Assembly: GCA_051362555.1 (NCBI GenBank)
Contig: CM120642.1
Location: forward strand, 31,620,001-31,684,000
Reading direction: 5' to 3'
Source: Lingula anatina
Lineage: Eukaryota; Animalia; Brachiopoda
DNA length: 64,000 nucleotides
Every line of letters starts with the position of its first letter. The first letter of the stretch is position 1. The notes below the pieces were generated by a model. That model was given only the letters and a program-made list of their open reading frames with translations. It was not told the DNA's origin and made no database searches. Of the stretch, positions 1-13,588 are shown piece after piece. The translations under genes and the position numbers were made by a program.

Positions 1-645
1 GAATCGCCCTGTTATATACTTGGGTTCGAGACCCACCTTTGACATAACCTTACCCCCCTCCTCCCAGGAAAACTTATTGTAGCTCACTGTATATTGGTGT
101 TTTTAATGTGTATTATTCTAAATTCTGTGATTATTACACTTACAACATTTTTTGTTTTGTTTTTTTAAGCCTCAAAGCGTCAAAATACCAAAGAAATATT
201 ACAGAACATTATATTTTATTTCAAATTCTAAACTGTCTTGATATGTCTTAAATCCTCTATCCAAGAGCAAATTTCCATTGAATTTGGGGTTATTGTTCAA
301 TTTCTGCGAGTGTAAGCCGAAAAATTAGTCTACACGGAAAGAACGGAGATCCCGTGTTTTGTGTAAAGTGGTTTTCCCCTCTTTTGAAGGCCTACGAAGG
401 TCAATGACACATGTAAAAATATGCGTTTACTACAAGAAAAATAAACAAAATAAAATAAATGAAAAAAAAACTATGGGAACCTTGTTGTTTCTGTTACTTC
501 ATTAATATGTGTACATAAAAACTGCCTATCGAAAAATAAAAAAAACATCGTAAAATGTTAATATAAAATGAAATCGATTATTATACCTTTAAATCTAGTA
601 CATTTCTATATCTATTTTTCATGTCATTTCTCGGTGTAAACTATA

Positions 646-845
646 TAGGACATGCGTTACTAAAATGTTAGGAACGCACGTCCCATTAGGACGTGCATTA
701 CTGCACGTAGTACTTGCATTACATGGGAGCCTTCGTCCTACGGACATTGAATCCTAGTAACGGATGTCCTAGGACTTCCATTCCTAGCAATGCATGCCCT
801 AGGACTTGCATTCCCAGGGCTTGCGTTACTAGGACGCGCACTCCT
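646..845. repeat. Degenerate 15-bp minisatellite (CTAGGACTTGCATTC-like) with units in both orientations
   Basis: CTAG/CCAG recurs with an exact 15-bp period at 754, 769, 784, 799, 814 and 829. Some units (ctagtaacggatgtc, ctagcaatgcatgcc) are reverse complements of the consensus. Confidence 0.7.
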
Positions 846-1221
846 GCCATATGGGGTTACCCCCCTCTCGACTAGCTGCAATGAAAAATTTGGAAAAATA
901 TCAGGTGATTTATGTATTTTACAATTATTTTAAAAGCCTCATATCAGTGTACTATATTCCCTATAAATGTCCGCCAGTTTGTTTTTAAAAAAGATAAATA
1001 AGCTAAGGGTAATTTCTTCCAAATAGTGGTGTAACTTTTACTTTTGAACTCGGTGAAAGTCTTTTGTAATAGCATAGCAAACACCCTATTTATAATAACA
1101 TTGGTCTTCAAATGTTGAGCATTTCTTCAAAAGATAGGTCATTGACTGCCTATCATTTAATCACTACTAGATAGACAATTATTTTCTCTATCTGTGATGG
1201 GTTCTTACATTTTTTGCCTAG

Positions 1222-3219
1222 AAATGGAACAAATTCATGTGCTGTATGTTTGGAAGAAGGGGAGGAACAATTCGACGCATATCTTGGGAATGAGGTACAT
1301 CAGAATGAAGCCTTTATATATATATATATAGACTATTCACTTTTTTGAAAATCAGTACTAGACTGGGAATACTAACTGAGGTGTCATTCATTATTACATA
1401 GTAAAATATCAAAAATGTATTTAGATTTCCAAAATTTATTCATTTTTATAATTGTTTAACATTTTACAGATAATCCCGGACAACTGCATGAAGCGCGAAC
1501 TTGATCGTCTGCGCGTTAACTGCGACAATGAAGGATGCGATTGGACAGGGAGATTCTCTGAATATTTGGGGGTAATGTTTTAACGAACCAGAGTATTGAT
1601 AACGAGAATATTACAAGCCACCATTTAAAAAAATATTTATCTATTTCATAAAAGGCTAACTTTGCAATCTAAAGATATATATATATATATATAACTACTT
1701 TCCTGTATAGCAGACTACCGAAGCTAGTTGTCAAGACAGTCCGCCCTAGGCCCAGGGTGATTATAGAATTTAATTTAGAATTCAGAAATTATAGAATTTA
1801 ATCAGCGGTGCTATTTGCCGCAAAAATTTTTTTTGGAGGAAATTGAAAATTAAATTAAAAAACAGACAACATGTTAAAACCTACAATTAATAGTACTTTA
1901 CCTCTCTCACACATTTTCATTTTCATTAAACCATTGCAGCGATTTTTTTAAAGCAGATTTTAACGAAAAACATAACGTTTTAGGACCACGAAACTACGTG
2001 CGCTTACGAGGCTGTGGAGTGCAACTGTGGAGAGAAGATAGCCAAGGTTAGCCTGGACAAACATAAGCGGGACAAGTGCCCGAGGCGCCAGGTGCCGTGC
2101 CGTTACTGCAACCAACTTTTCATCGCGTGCGAGAGCAAGGTAACACAAGCTGGGATGAGTTATGGACTGAACACTGTATTGATGTTATATCCCCTGCATT
2201 CGATATGTTTGGAAACTTTATTTACAAAAAATGGAATATATTTGCATACTACCATCTTCTGTTTTTATTACAGTAAAAATCCATTGTCTTCTTGGGCATC
2301 ACCTTTTGATAAAATACTGTTTTATTGTTATTGATATTTCAAACAAAAACTTTTTCTTATCTTTTTCTGGAATAATGCATCCTTTAACAAATAACGTTGC
2401 TTTTGCAAAGACTTGGACACAAAATCAAGGGGCTTCTGCTACATACTTTATAAAGATGTGGAAAGTGGGCATTTTTAGGAGTAAAGAGTGGATATGACAA
2501 GATAAAAACATTGATATGCCATTTTTGTCAGCTGTCTTAATATGTGTGCTCTCTACGCAGTCAAATGTTCTAGGCTACAATTTTAAAATAATCGGGAAAA
2601 CAATTCCACCGTTTGTTTTCGTTATAGGCACATAACGAGTTTTGTCTCAAGTTCCCAGTCCGTTGCACCCTGTGTAACTTGGGGCGAAAACTACCGAGGG
2701 ATAAGGTGAGCCAAACTTTCGCGGGAAAACATCTCGGAGAATTTTGTTGAGAAATTGAATTGATAAAGTCACAATAGTATAGTTAACAATAATATATTCA
2801 GAAAATAATATATTCAGAAAATAATATATTTAGAATATTCAAAACACTACTTGTTGATATTATTGAAACCACCTCAGTTGGAACGTGGACGCGATAATAA
2901 AAAATAAAGAAAGTGCAATCACGTTCCTAATGATAGTTATATTTGCAAAAATTAACAGCAACAACAACTGAACATAATATTATTGTTGTTGGTCCATATA
3001 TTTAAGTCCTTACGTGCTTCATTCAGATGCAGAGGAGTTAAACTTGGATATCTAGCTCGGATCTAGAGATATTTCTGACAGTCTTCCAAATAATCTTTGT
3101 TGATCCATTCTCCATTTTTGACCGTCTTCCGACAGAAAAAATTAAACAAGGATTAAGGATTAATGTAAACTTTAAGACCCAGAAGGCAGCCTCAATCCGC
3201 CCCATGATATACTTAATAC

Positions 3220-3261
<42 letters not shown>

Positions 3262-4867
3262 TTCCAGATGCTTGCTCACCAGGAAACCGAGTGCCCAAAG
3301 AACAAGAGAACCTGCCCCTATGGCTGCGAGGTGAGTCGACACTTTACTGTTATAAAACCTGTTGTGAGTAAGAAAGGACGCCAGGTTGACAGGAAGGGTA
3401 GTCCACTGGAAGCTTTAAACCGTTATTTATTACTCGATATGCTGACGACGGCTGGAGAATGTTTCAGTTTGATTACAAGAAATCACTACATTAGTTTCTG
3501 TATTGCGTTTTTGCATTGATGGTTCCATAAGCCCAGGCCACTGGTTTGAGTATTCAGTGACCAACAGGAGAATGTTTGCTCAAGTTTATCGTGTACTTTT
3601 AAAATTTTTAAAGTTACATTTCGCTCTATTTGGTACAGAAAGTTACAACAATTAATTTGGGAGGTCATTTAAGATATACACTCTACAACCTTTGTGTATT
3701 TTGTTAGCATTTAAATGTTTTCCCCTGCATTTTATTTTGACATTTTGATACAATATATGATAATAATTAAACAATTGAAATTTTGGTAAAAGATCATCAA
3801 AAGAGTGAAGCATATCTCCGAATTTGTTTCATATAAAATTTGGAGGGATTTAAGTCTAAACATATATGTATTTCCAGCTTGGTGACGGCAGTATTGAAGA
3901 ACACATGGAGTCGTCCGCGGTCGCTCACCTCGACTTTCTTCGCGACAAAGTTAGCATTCTTCAGATCCATGCTAACAGCGTGAGAGACGGCTCACTAGCC
4001 AGGGAACAAATTTCTGCACGTGTATCACGTCTCCAGGACCAACTCACAGAATGTGATCGCAAGACAGGGGACATCGAGAAAAAGACGCAGGACGCCATAC
4101 AGATCCGTGAACGCCGAGAGAGAAGTAACGCGGAACAGTTTTCTGCTGAAGTAGCCCAGCTGACCAGCAGAAATGGCGCCATCAATTCCCAGGTAGACAC
4201 GTTTGAAGGGATGGTCGCTGTACTCAACAGAGAGGTTGAGAAAGTTTGCTGCACACTGGAGTCTTATCCAGCCCAACGGAGTCTGGATGTGGAGGGAATA
4301 GACTTCCAAGAGAGGAAAGTGAAGACCATAGAGCGCGCCCTTGCTCTTAAAGACGTGAGTATGGCCGAACAAGATCTTCGACTTCAGGCTCTCGAGAATG
4401 CCAGCTACGATGGCGTCCTTGTTTGGAAGGTCAACGAATTCGCCAGGAAGCGTCACGACGCTAACAGCGGACGCGTGACCAGTATCTATTCCAATGCCTT
4501 CTATACCGGACCACACGGCTACAAAATGTGCTGTCGCCTTTACTTAAACGGCGACGGCATGGGGAAAGGGACTCACATTAGTCTTTTCTTCGTGGTGATG
4601 AGAGGGTATTATGATGCACTTCTCAGATGGCCATTCTCACAGAAAGTCACTTTAATGCTGCTGGACTTAAACAACAGAGAACACGTCCAGGATGCCTTCA
4701 GACCGGATCCCACCAGTTCCAGTTTTCAGAGACCTACGAGCGAGATGAATATCGCCAGCGGTTGCCCGCTTTTCGTGCCATTATCACAGCTCCAGAGACC
4801 TGGCACTGCGTATATTAAAGATGATGCGATCTTCATCAAAGTTGTAGTTGATTGTAAAGATCTTTAG
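1222..4867 (+). CDS. TRAF2: TNF receptor-associated factor, TRAF2-like (5' end and most of the RING lie upstream of the window)
   Basis: Phase-compatible exons 1222-1294, 1470-1571, 1984-2139, 2628-2705, 3268-3330, 3878-4867. They encode the end of the RING (CAVC..PDNCMKRE), TRAF zinc fingers, a coiled coil and the MATH/TRAF-C domain (SYDGVLVWK, FYTGPHGYKMC, HISLFFVVMRG, AFRPDPTSSSFQRP, IASGCPLF). Confidence 0.93.
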
Positions 4868-6588
4868 ATGCCTGTGAAAATTAACCAGTGAATTGTTCAA
4901 TTGTCTTTGACATTCTGGGAAACGGTTCTATAGATTCTAGAGTTTGGCTTTATAATAACCAGATCAGCTGCGTGCACTTCATTACCCGGCACTGAGAGTT
5001 TTATGATATATGAGAAAATGTTGCCATTGATTCATAATTACCAAAATGAACAGTAGTTACCCATAGGGAAAGGAAGAGTGGCAGACATTCATTCCATTAA
5101 AAGGAAAAAACGATTTCAAATTCGTTATTTTTGCGCTGGTATTCAAACTTTTTAACGATAAAAATAATGCAAAAATTTTTTCCTAAAAACTGAAAAAATT
5201 TTTTCATGTTACAATTGTAGCACCATTTTTATGACCGACTTCTTTTAAGCTTATAATCAGTTGTTATTATTGCATGTGACGCCGCTTACATCCAGCGGTT
5301 CTGAAATACAAGAGCTCAAACAAATACATTAAACGTTCATATGCATATTGCAATAATAAATCCCTGTTTGACATGATATAAAGGTGATATAGGGATGTAT
5401 TTTATGCTTTATCATACAGCTCAAACGATCATACCATTTATATATAAATGTATAAATTTATCTTTTAATGTCATAGCGCAAGCTTATTTCTATTCCATTG
5501 CATTTTTATCCCAAATGTACATTTTAATGTTCAATAACTGATTCCTTTTAAAATAACAATTACTGAATCCTTGACTGTTATAATATAGATTAAATGTTTA
5601 GTTTTACTTTTAAAATTGTCGTTTTGTTTTTAATTTCATATAATCAATTTTATCTAATGTATTACCTCGTGGGTTGCAACATTACTAATAAACTATCATG
5701 ATAATTATTGAAAAACATATTTAAGGCAGAAATGGATTTTGTATAATATACATGTAGGTAGGACCACATGTCAAAAGTGATGTTATGATAATGATAAATA
5801 AAGGAATTAGGTTAGAAAAATATGAAACGGACATAAATCAAGCTAGTTATTATTTATTTCGTAAAAAAAGGTAACATTGAATGGGGTGATTTGATAATGG
5901 AAATAAAGATATTATTTTTGGCAAATGGAAAGCGGAAATCAAAAAATGCAATCCGTGCCAATAAAACAGAAAGTTAATAAGCTTACACTACTGCAGTGGT
6001 GATAGATAGAACAATATGAGCAGGATAAAAAAAGATGAACGATAAATAATGAAATAATAATCAAAAATTAATAATGAAATAATAACGACATCCTTGTATA
6101 TTAGATTGGCGTTTGGTTTGATGTAGTTAGACCAAGGCCGTTGGTGCTTATTATCTCCAACAAAATGTACTGATTAGTATAAATATAGGGTCCGTCTGCC
6201 TGTAATTGTATGACCCATGTTGGTAATTGTTGACACGTTTCTAAATTTTAATGTTTATGTAGGATAGAGAGGTAATAAAAAACGCATCATACGCTCTTCA
6301 GGAAAAGAGCCACAGAATATTAAATCTTAATTGCAGCGTTCGTGTGGCGCAGTTTTAGGAATGGATTATCATTATTTTATGCTTTTTCACCATAATGATT
6401 CGATGAGAAATGCCGGTAATTGAGCTAATGTGATTTTTAAAACATTTTTGTCTACAGTTGCAATTCACACGAAGAGAAAAAAACGACGCCCTAGCATTCA
6501 ATTCTTTATTGAAAGCATTTGCAAGTTGACTGCAAGAGTACACAAATCAGGTAAAGATGTGTCAGTCATCAGTTGGATATCTTTGACA

Positions 6589-7837
6589 TCAAATCACTGT
6601 CACCTCCTCTACGATGATACGGGATACGCCAAAATAGCCAGTGAGGGCGTTGCCCTCTGGATAGTTCCCAACTTTGCATTTTCCGATGTTGAAGCCAACT
6701 GTTAGCTCACCGGCGGGAACATTGAAGCAGAGGCCTTCAACTGGAACACAAAAGCAGTTGGGATGCAACATGCCCAATTCTTATTTTCTGTAATGGGGTG
6801 TTTAGAAAACTGGAGCCAATGTGTATGATATTTATGTATAAGCAAATTATTACAGAAAAAACTCTTTGTATTTGCCAACTGATGTATAAAAAGCGTATAA
6901 AATTACGCCCCACCTGACGTCGTTTTATGGAAGTTCTCAGTGGGCTCTCCGAGTTTAGTGTGTACCACAATATCTATGGCGTCTGGAGAGGTGCATTCGG
7001 CGCCATTGAAGGTGAAATACCAGCGTTTGCAGGCATACCCACTGGAAGACTGAAACAGTCTCAAATCACCTGACCATTTCACCCTCAATGCAGACTTCGA
7101 GCTTTTCTTTGTAATGTAACACGACTGAAAGCAGAGAACAATGTAGGCAAAGAAATTACGCAAATGACAGAATGATATTACTTAAAGCAGAACATAATCA
7201 GTGTCAGTGTAAGTACAATTCTTAGAAGAGGTTGACTGCTCATTTATGATAGAATTCATTTCTGATTTTTTATATGTTATATTGAAATATTAAGCTGTGG
7301 TTCGTACCTTAACAAGTCCCGATGATAAGGATTTAGCGGCCCCCATACTGCTATGGTTCCATGTGCACTGGACAATATGGCTGCCTATATTGAATTAAAC
7401 AAAAATTTTTCAGAAAGTAAATCTTTTTAAAAAAAAATCAACATGTATTGTCTTATTCAAATGTCAAAATATTTAAAATGTATGATCTCAGCCTTGTCAG
7501 ATTGAAAGATAAGGTTCAGTTTCTGCCAACGACTGAAAACTTTTTGGCGTTAATTGAAAAAATTGTTCCAGAGAAAAGGGCCAATTGTTCCAGTGGCAAA
7601 TTCCCTTCCATACAAATACATACCTTGTGAAGCTCCTCGCTCTTTTCCAGCCTGCATCTGAACCACAGTTGACTGAAGCTGTAGAACAGAGCTCTGAAGC
7701 TGTGCCAGAAGTTGTTGTTGATTGGAGCAGACAAGGGTTTCCAAGGCATTGCACGCGGCCGTAGTGTCACACGTGCAAACGGACATTGTCAACGCGAACG
7801 AAACAAGAAACAAGATGGTATTTCTCTGGATTCCCAT
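6589..7837 (-). CDS. Secreted CTHRC1 C-terminal-domain protein lacking the collagen repeat (217 aa)
   Basis: Exons 7837-7624, 7384-7308, 7124-6914, 6740-6589 join in frame at GT-AG sites. Signal peptide MGIQRNTILFLVSFALTMSVC, then a Gln/Leu heptad segment, then QCTW..SALRVKWSGDLRL..CKRWYFTFNGAECTSP..VEGLC..YPEGNALTGYFGVSRIIVEE, matching the CTHRC1 C-terminal domain (vertebrate SALRVLFSGSLRL..CQRWYFTFNGAEC..SRIIIEE). Confidence 0.88.
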
Positions 7838-8089
7838 CACTGAATTCTTATCGTGTTTTTCCAGGAGAAAATTCCAATGTAGCACAGTTTACGCGCTCGA
7901 CCAAATTGCTTTATTCGATTGCTGTCAGTTTTATAGGTGATTAGTAATTAGCTTGAAACCCGGATTTTGGTTCAAAAAGTGTCTCACGTGTCTACATTCT
8001 GGATGAATCAGTCGATGATCTACGTGGCAGTGGACGCTAAGTCACGTAAAACGATGACAGAGTCAACATCATCTGTTATCACAAAATAG

Positions 8090-8128
<39 letters not shown>

Positions 8129-9707
8129 GGAGTGACTGCCAAATTAACTCACAATCTCATTCGACTTTCTCTTTCGTTCACTGTTTTCATTCTCTCACTC
8201 ACAATCTCCACTCTTTTATATCTCACAACATTGCGCCAAGTTGCCCGACATTCCCTGGGCGTCAAAAACCCCAGGAAAAGAAATCTTTTGGTGCAAATCT
8301 TTTATATCATAGACCAGGTCTTCATAACTATTCCCACAGATGGGAAAATGGCAAGGGGAATGATTTCCATGCTGTCTGAGATACTGGTAACAGGTGTCCC
8401 TCCCACTATATTGCATACGTCGGTCCAGGGTTTTACACCAGAACTACCTTTACTAACACAACGTGACTGATATATCGTACGTGATTCAAGAACTCATTTT
8501 ATGCTTTATCGTACAACTGAAGCAATCATATCATTTATCTTTAATATGTCATACATGTAGGAGAAGCTGATTTACGTTCCGTTGCATTTTACCCCATGTG
8601 CACGTTTTTATGATCAATGACTGATTCTTTTTAAAATTTCAATTACTGAATTCTTTTCCGTGTGCAGCTGTGTTTATTAAGATTAATTGTTGTCTTCTAA
8701 CTTTTAAATTGTAGTTTTATGTTCTTTATTTCACGACCCCAATTTTATCAAATGTAAAACGTTGTCCAATGGGTTGCATTTTTACTAATAAGCTATTACA
8801 AAATTTATTGGAAAAATTTTGACAAGTTTCAGGTAGAAAGTCTGCATCATAAAATGCATTATGTATAAAAGGAATTACTAAGTGCCAAATGAGATTTTCT
8901 GATAATGAGAAGTAAAGGAAATAGTTACGAAAAATGTTAAAAAGTCAAGCTAGTTATTATTTATTTCGGAAATCAGAAAATGGTATGTCGAACTAAAGGT
9001 TTTGATGATAGAAAGAATGAATTATTTTTGTCGAATGGAAAATTTGAAATCAGAAAGTGCAACCTGTGCCAACAACACGGAAAGTTAATTAACTATATAT
9101 TAATGCAGTGGAGACAAATAGAACAAAAACGAGCCAGATAAAAAATACAGACGAAAAAACGAAATAATAACGGCATCCTTGTATGTTAGAATGACGTACG
9201 TTTGGTTTGATGTAGCGAGACCAAGGACGTTGGTGCATATTATCTCCAACAAAATGTGCTCACACTTATCAATATAGAGTCCCTTTGTCTGACCTTTATC
9301 GGGTATGATTATCGAATTTCGAAAGTATACTATTTATAAAGGTAAGACAAAGAAAGTATACTATTTATAGGTAAGACAAAGAGCACCATAGGCTCTCCAG
9401 GGAAACGAGCTACAGAATTTTAAATCTTGTCTGATTACAGGAATGATATTTGGAAACAGCACAAAGTTTGTGTAGCTAGGTTTTAGGAATGGATTATTAT
9501 CATTAATATTTTTTCATCATAAGAATTCGAAGAGAAATGACGGTCAATGAGCTAATGTGATTTTAAAAAAATTTCGGTCTAGCGCTGCAATTCACACGAA
9601 GAGATAAGACACTATTCAATTCTTTATTGTAAGCATTTGCAGGGTGACTGCAAGAATACACAAATCACATAAAGATGTGTCAGTCATCAGTTGGATATCT
9701 TTTGACA

Positions 9708-10762
9708 TCAGATCACTGTCACCTCCTCTACGATGATACGGGACACGCCAAAATAGCCAGTGAGGACGTTGCCCTGTGGATAGTTCCCAACTTTGCATTT
9801 CCCGATGTTGAAGCCCACCAGCGGGAACATTGAAGCAGAGGCCTTCAACTGGAACACGCAAAACAAAATAAAAGCTTTTTCAAGCAGATGGTAAACAACG
9901 ATTCCAGCGCTGAAAATCTGCAGTGATCTCGGTACGTGACTGCATGGATTAATGTTATATGGTAACAGTGTATAAATTCAGATTACAGCAAATCATCCTT
10001 CAAAATTTTATAAAATCACTCTTGTGATTTACCAATTACATGTAAAATTATATGTGAGACCATGCCCCACCTGACGTCGTTTTATGGAAGTTCTCAGTTG
10101 GCTCCCCGAGTCTTGTGTGTATAACGATATCTATGGCGTCTGGTGAGGTGCATTCGGCGCCATTGAAGGTGAAATACCAGCGTTTGCAGGCGGCGTACCC
10201 AATGGAGGACGTATGAAACAATCTCAAATCACCTGACCATTTCACTCTCAGTGCTGTCTTCGAGCTTTTATTTGTAATATGACACGACTGAAAGAAGAGA
10301 ACAAGTTAAGTACAACAATTAGGCAATTGACAAAATTATATTACTAAAATAAGTACTGGTGGCATATGTCACAGAAACGGTTATCAGTACAGTGTCAGTT
10401 TTGCAACAAGTAAATTTGGCGAAATTCAGTCTTCGTCAGAAACCATCTAAATACAGAAAGTACGCAAGTGACAACATATTATTACTAAAAGCAGAACATA
10501 ATCAGTGTCAGTGTAAGCTCAACTGTTACCCTTGCAATTCTTAGAACAGATTCACCGCCTATCTAAGATAAAATTTTTGAAACTTTTTTCTACACAGCGC
10601 ACTGTAATATTGAAATATTTAACTATGATTCGTACCTTAACAAGTCCCGATGATAAGGTTTTAGCGGTCCCCATACTGCTATGGTTCCATGTGCACTGGA
10701 CAATATGGCTCCCTATTTTATATTATACATTAAGTTTCATAAGGTAATAAGATATTCATATG

Positions 10763-10835
<73 letters not shown>

Positions 10836-11188
10836 CAGTCAAATCAAAAGAAGATTGATTTATTGAAATATATGATGTTGAGGTGCTGCCAATGACGGAA
10901 GACTTTTACACGTTTGTTTCAGGGAAAATGACCGTTGGTCCCAGTGGCGACTTCCTTTCCATACAAATAAATACCTTGTGAAGGTCCCCGCTCTTTTCCA
11001 GCCTGCATCTGAACCACAGTTGACTAAAGCTGTAGAACAGAGCTCTGAAGCTGAGCCAGAAGTTGTTGTTGATTGCTGCAGACCAGGGTTTCCAAGGCAT
11101 TGCACGCGGCCGTAGTGTTACACGTGCAAACGGACATTGCCAACGTGAGCGAAACAAGAAACAATATGTTATTTTTCTGTAATCTCAT
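9708..11188 (-). pseudogene. Pseudogenised duplicate of the CTHRC1-domain gene
   Basis: Same four-exon layout as copy A (exon 1 at 11188-10975). It has a CAG>TAG nonsense codon at 11026-11024 and an 11-bp deletion (aactgttagct of copy A) at ~9815 that frameshifts the last exon (ORF 9616-9861 reads VPAGGLQHREM). Confidence 0.85.
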
Positions 11189-12017
11189 CGTGTCTTTCCC
11201 AGGAGAAAATCACAATGTAGCACAGTTTATGTTCTCGAGTAAATAGTTTTACTTACTTGCTTTGTCTGTTTTATAGGTGAACAACAGTAAACTGGAAACC
11301 CGGATTTTAGTTTAGAAAGGAGTTCAGGTGTCATGAAGCAAAATCAGTCGTTGATCCACATGAAACTGGACGCTAAATGACGTAAAACGATGACAGAGTC
11401 AACAATGTTAGTTATCAAAACATTCAACTGAAGTATGAGGCTACATGTATGTCCCCATAGCACGCTTCACGAAATAAGACATCAACATGTTAACTGACAA
11501 GAGAAAGTTCCTGACGAAGTTAAGGATATTGTAACCCTTCATTATCACCCAAGAATGAGGGTTTTCCTGCATCTAACTATTCAGTAATGCATCTATCTTT
11601 GTGCTGAATAAAAACAATAAAAATCCCTCGAAAGTATAAAATTTGGGTCTTTATATTTCTCGTTGCAATCTATAAGCATACGTGTGTCGTTATTTTTCAG
11701 TGGTGTGTGACATAAATTGGTTTCACACCTTGCTTATGTTTTTTAAAAACTGAATAGATTGAAGGGTGGATTCAGGATTATTTGAAGAGGGGAGGGGGGA
11801 GTCCGCAGATGCGAAAGCGATCCTCCACCCTCTCCTTAGCTGCAGGGCCCCGAAATATTTTGTATTTTAGCGGGCGAAAGGGTGCCATTTGGTACTGTAT
11901 AGAACTATGATTCAGCTATTAATTTTTAATTTCAAGAGGGGACCATTGGTGTGATTTTTTTTCAGAAATCGAAGGACCCCCTGACCCCCCTTTATCCGGC
12001 GCTGAGATGATGATGAC

Positions 12018-12071
<54 letters not shown>

Positions 12072-12605
12072 GTGAGTGACTGCAAAATAAACTAACAGCC
12101 TGGCTCTCTCGTTCACTCTTCCATTCTCACTCTCACAACCTCCTCACTGGTAGGCCTATATCTCACGCCATGGCGCAAGTTGCCCGACACTCCATGGAAA
12201 AGAAATCTTTTGGTGGAAATCTTGTATATCATAGACCACGTCTTCAAAACAGTTCCCACAGCTGGGAAAATGGTAAGGGGAAGGATTTCCTGAGATACTG
12301 GTAACAGGTGCTCCCTCCCACCATACCGCATATGTCGGTCCAGGGTCCTGCACTTACTCTACCTTTACACACACAATATGGCTGATCTATTAGCCTGCTC
12401 ACAGTGGCCAGGTGAGGCGATATTTATTTTCATTTATGCGTGTTAATGATCAGATATCAAAACTACCAGTGGGTATGGACGGGTTTTCTCATTACCGGGC
12501 TAAGTGGTGGGGCTGGGACCTTTGATCCCGCAGCAATGATGCATTCGCCAATGATGGATGTACTGGAGTCCTTAGAGTACGAGGTGGTAAGTACGTAGTC
12601 GTGTT

Positions 12606-12643
<38 letters not shown>

Positions 12644-13546
12644 AATTTCTGCGCACAAAATAAGCGTGGCTTTTCACTGTTTTGTGGAGAACTCTGCATA
12701 AAAAAATTTGAGTAATATCTGATGCGCGAACCATAAAGGACATCATAAATGCCCATGTCACATCATGATGAAGTGTTTATCGGTCAAAATGTGTCACGCG
12801 TCTTCTGGGGTTCTACGCCATGTAATTGTCTTTTTTTTTTAACAAACACAACATTTCAATATCTTGTGGATTACTGAAAGTGAACATCTTTGAATGTCTG
12901 TTACTGATAACAACCAATTAAGGGGGGACTTGGTATAAACAAGAAATCCTCCTTAATTTTCTGCCAAATCTATATATTTTTACTCATACTGGCACGTGTA
13001 AGATAATGTTTGTTGTATATACCGTAGATGGAACATGCACTACTCACATCTTGGCAAAAAGTTAAGTCTTTCTATCCTACCTCTCCTCTGAATAATGTAA
13101 TACCTTCGAGGAGAGGTGTCACGTTAAACATTTTATTTTACCTGCATCTTCTACAAGTGGTAATTTCAAAGAATATGTTGTTTTCGTTAATTACCTCCCA
13201 TACACGGTCTCCTTTAATAATCAACGTGTCAACACTGTCTTGTTTCCCTTTTTTTTTCTTGTTTCCTTTTTTTGCATTTTAGCACCACTGTGTTTCATTT
13301 GGCGATTCATATCTAGTGATTTCATTAAAGCCTTATCGAAACCGCATCACATTGGTGAAATTGCAGTCAAAATGTGTAGGCAAACGATAACGGATGTGAT
13401 TAAATTTCTTCATAATGATAAATAATTCTCTAGATTCTCTGAAATGAATGTGTTGTAAACATGCTAGGGCTGAAGGACCTTGGGACAAAATTTCAGCTGT
13501 TTTCTTTTTTCTATATATAAATACTGCAGATGAAAAAATCAACTCG

Positions 13547-13588
<42 letters not shown>

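Larger units (their letters stand above)
5400..12390. repeat. Tandem segmental duplication: copy A ~5400-8470, copy B ~8497-12390
   Basis: Colinear similarity from 'tttatgctttatc' (5401 vs 8498) through the CTHRC1-like gene, its upstream region, a (TTA)n tract and a ~330-bp block (8130-8470 vs 12075-12390). Copy B has an extra ~600 bp at ~11420-12015. Confidence 0.9.

Noticed and set aside
1-40. GGTTCGAGACC B-box suggesting a tRNA or SINE
   Set aside because: No cloverleaf or A-box visible and truncated by the window edge; at most a SINE fragment.
3038-3298. Poly-Tyr ORF (and poly-Ile ORFs at 11919 and 63662)
   Set aside because: Translations of (AAT)n/(TTA)n microsatellites.
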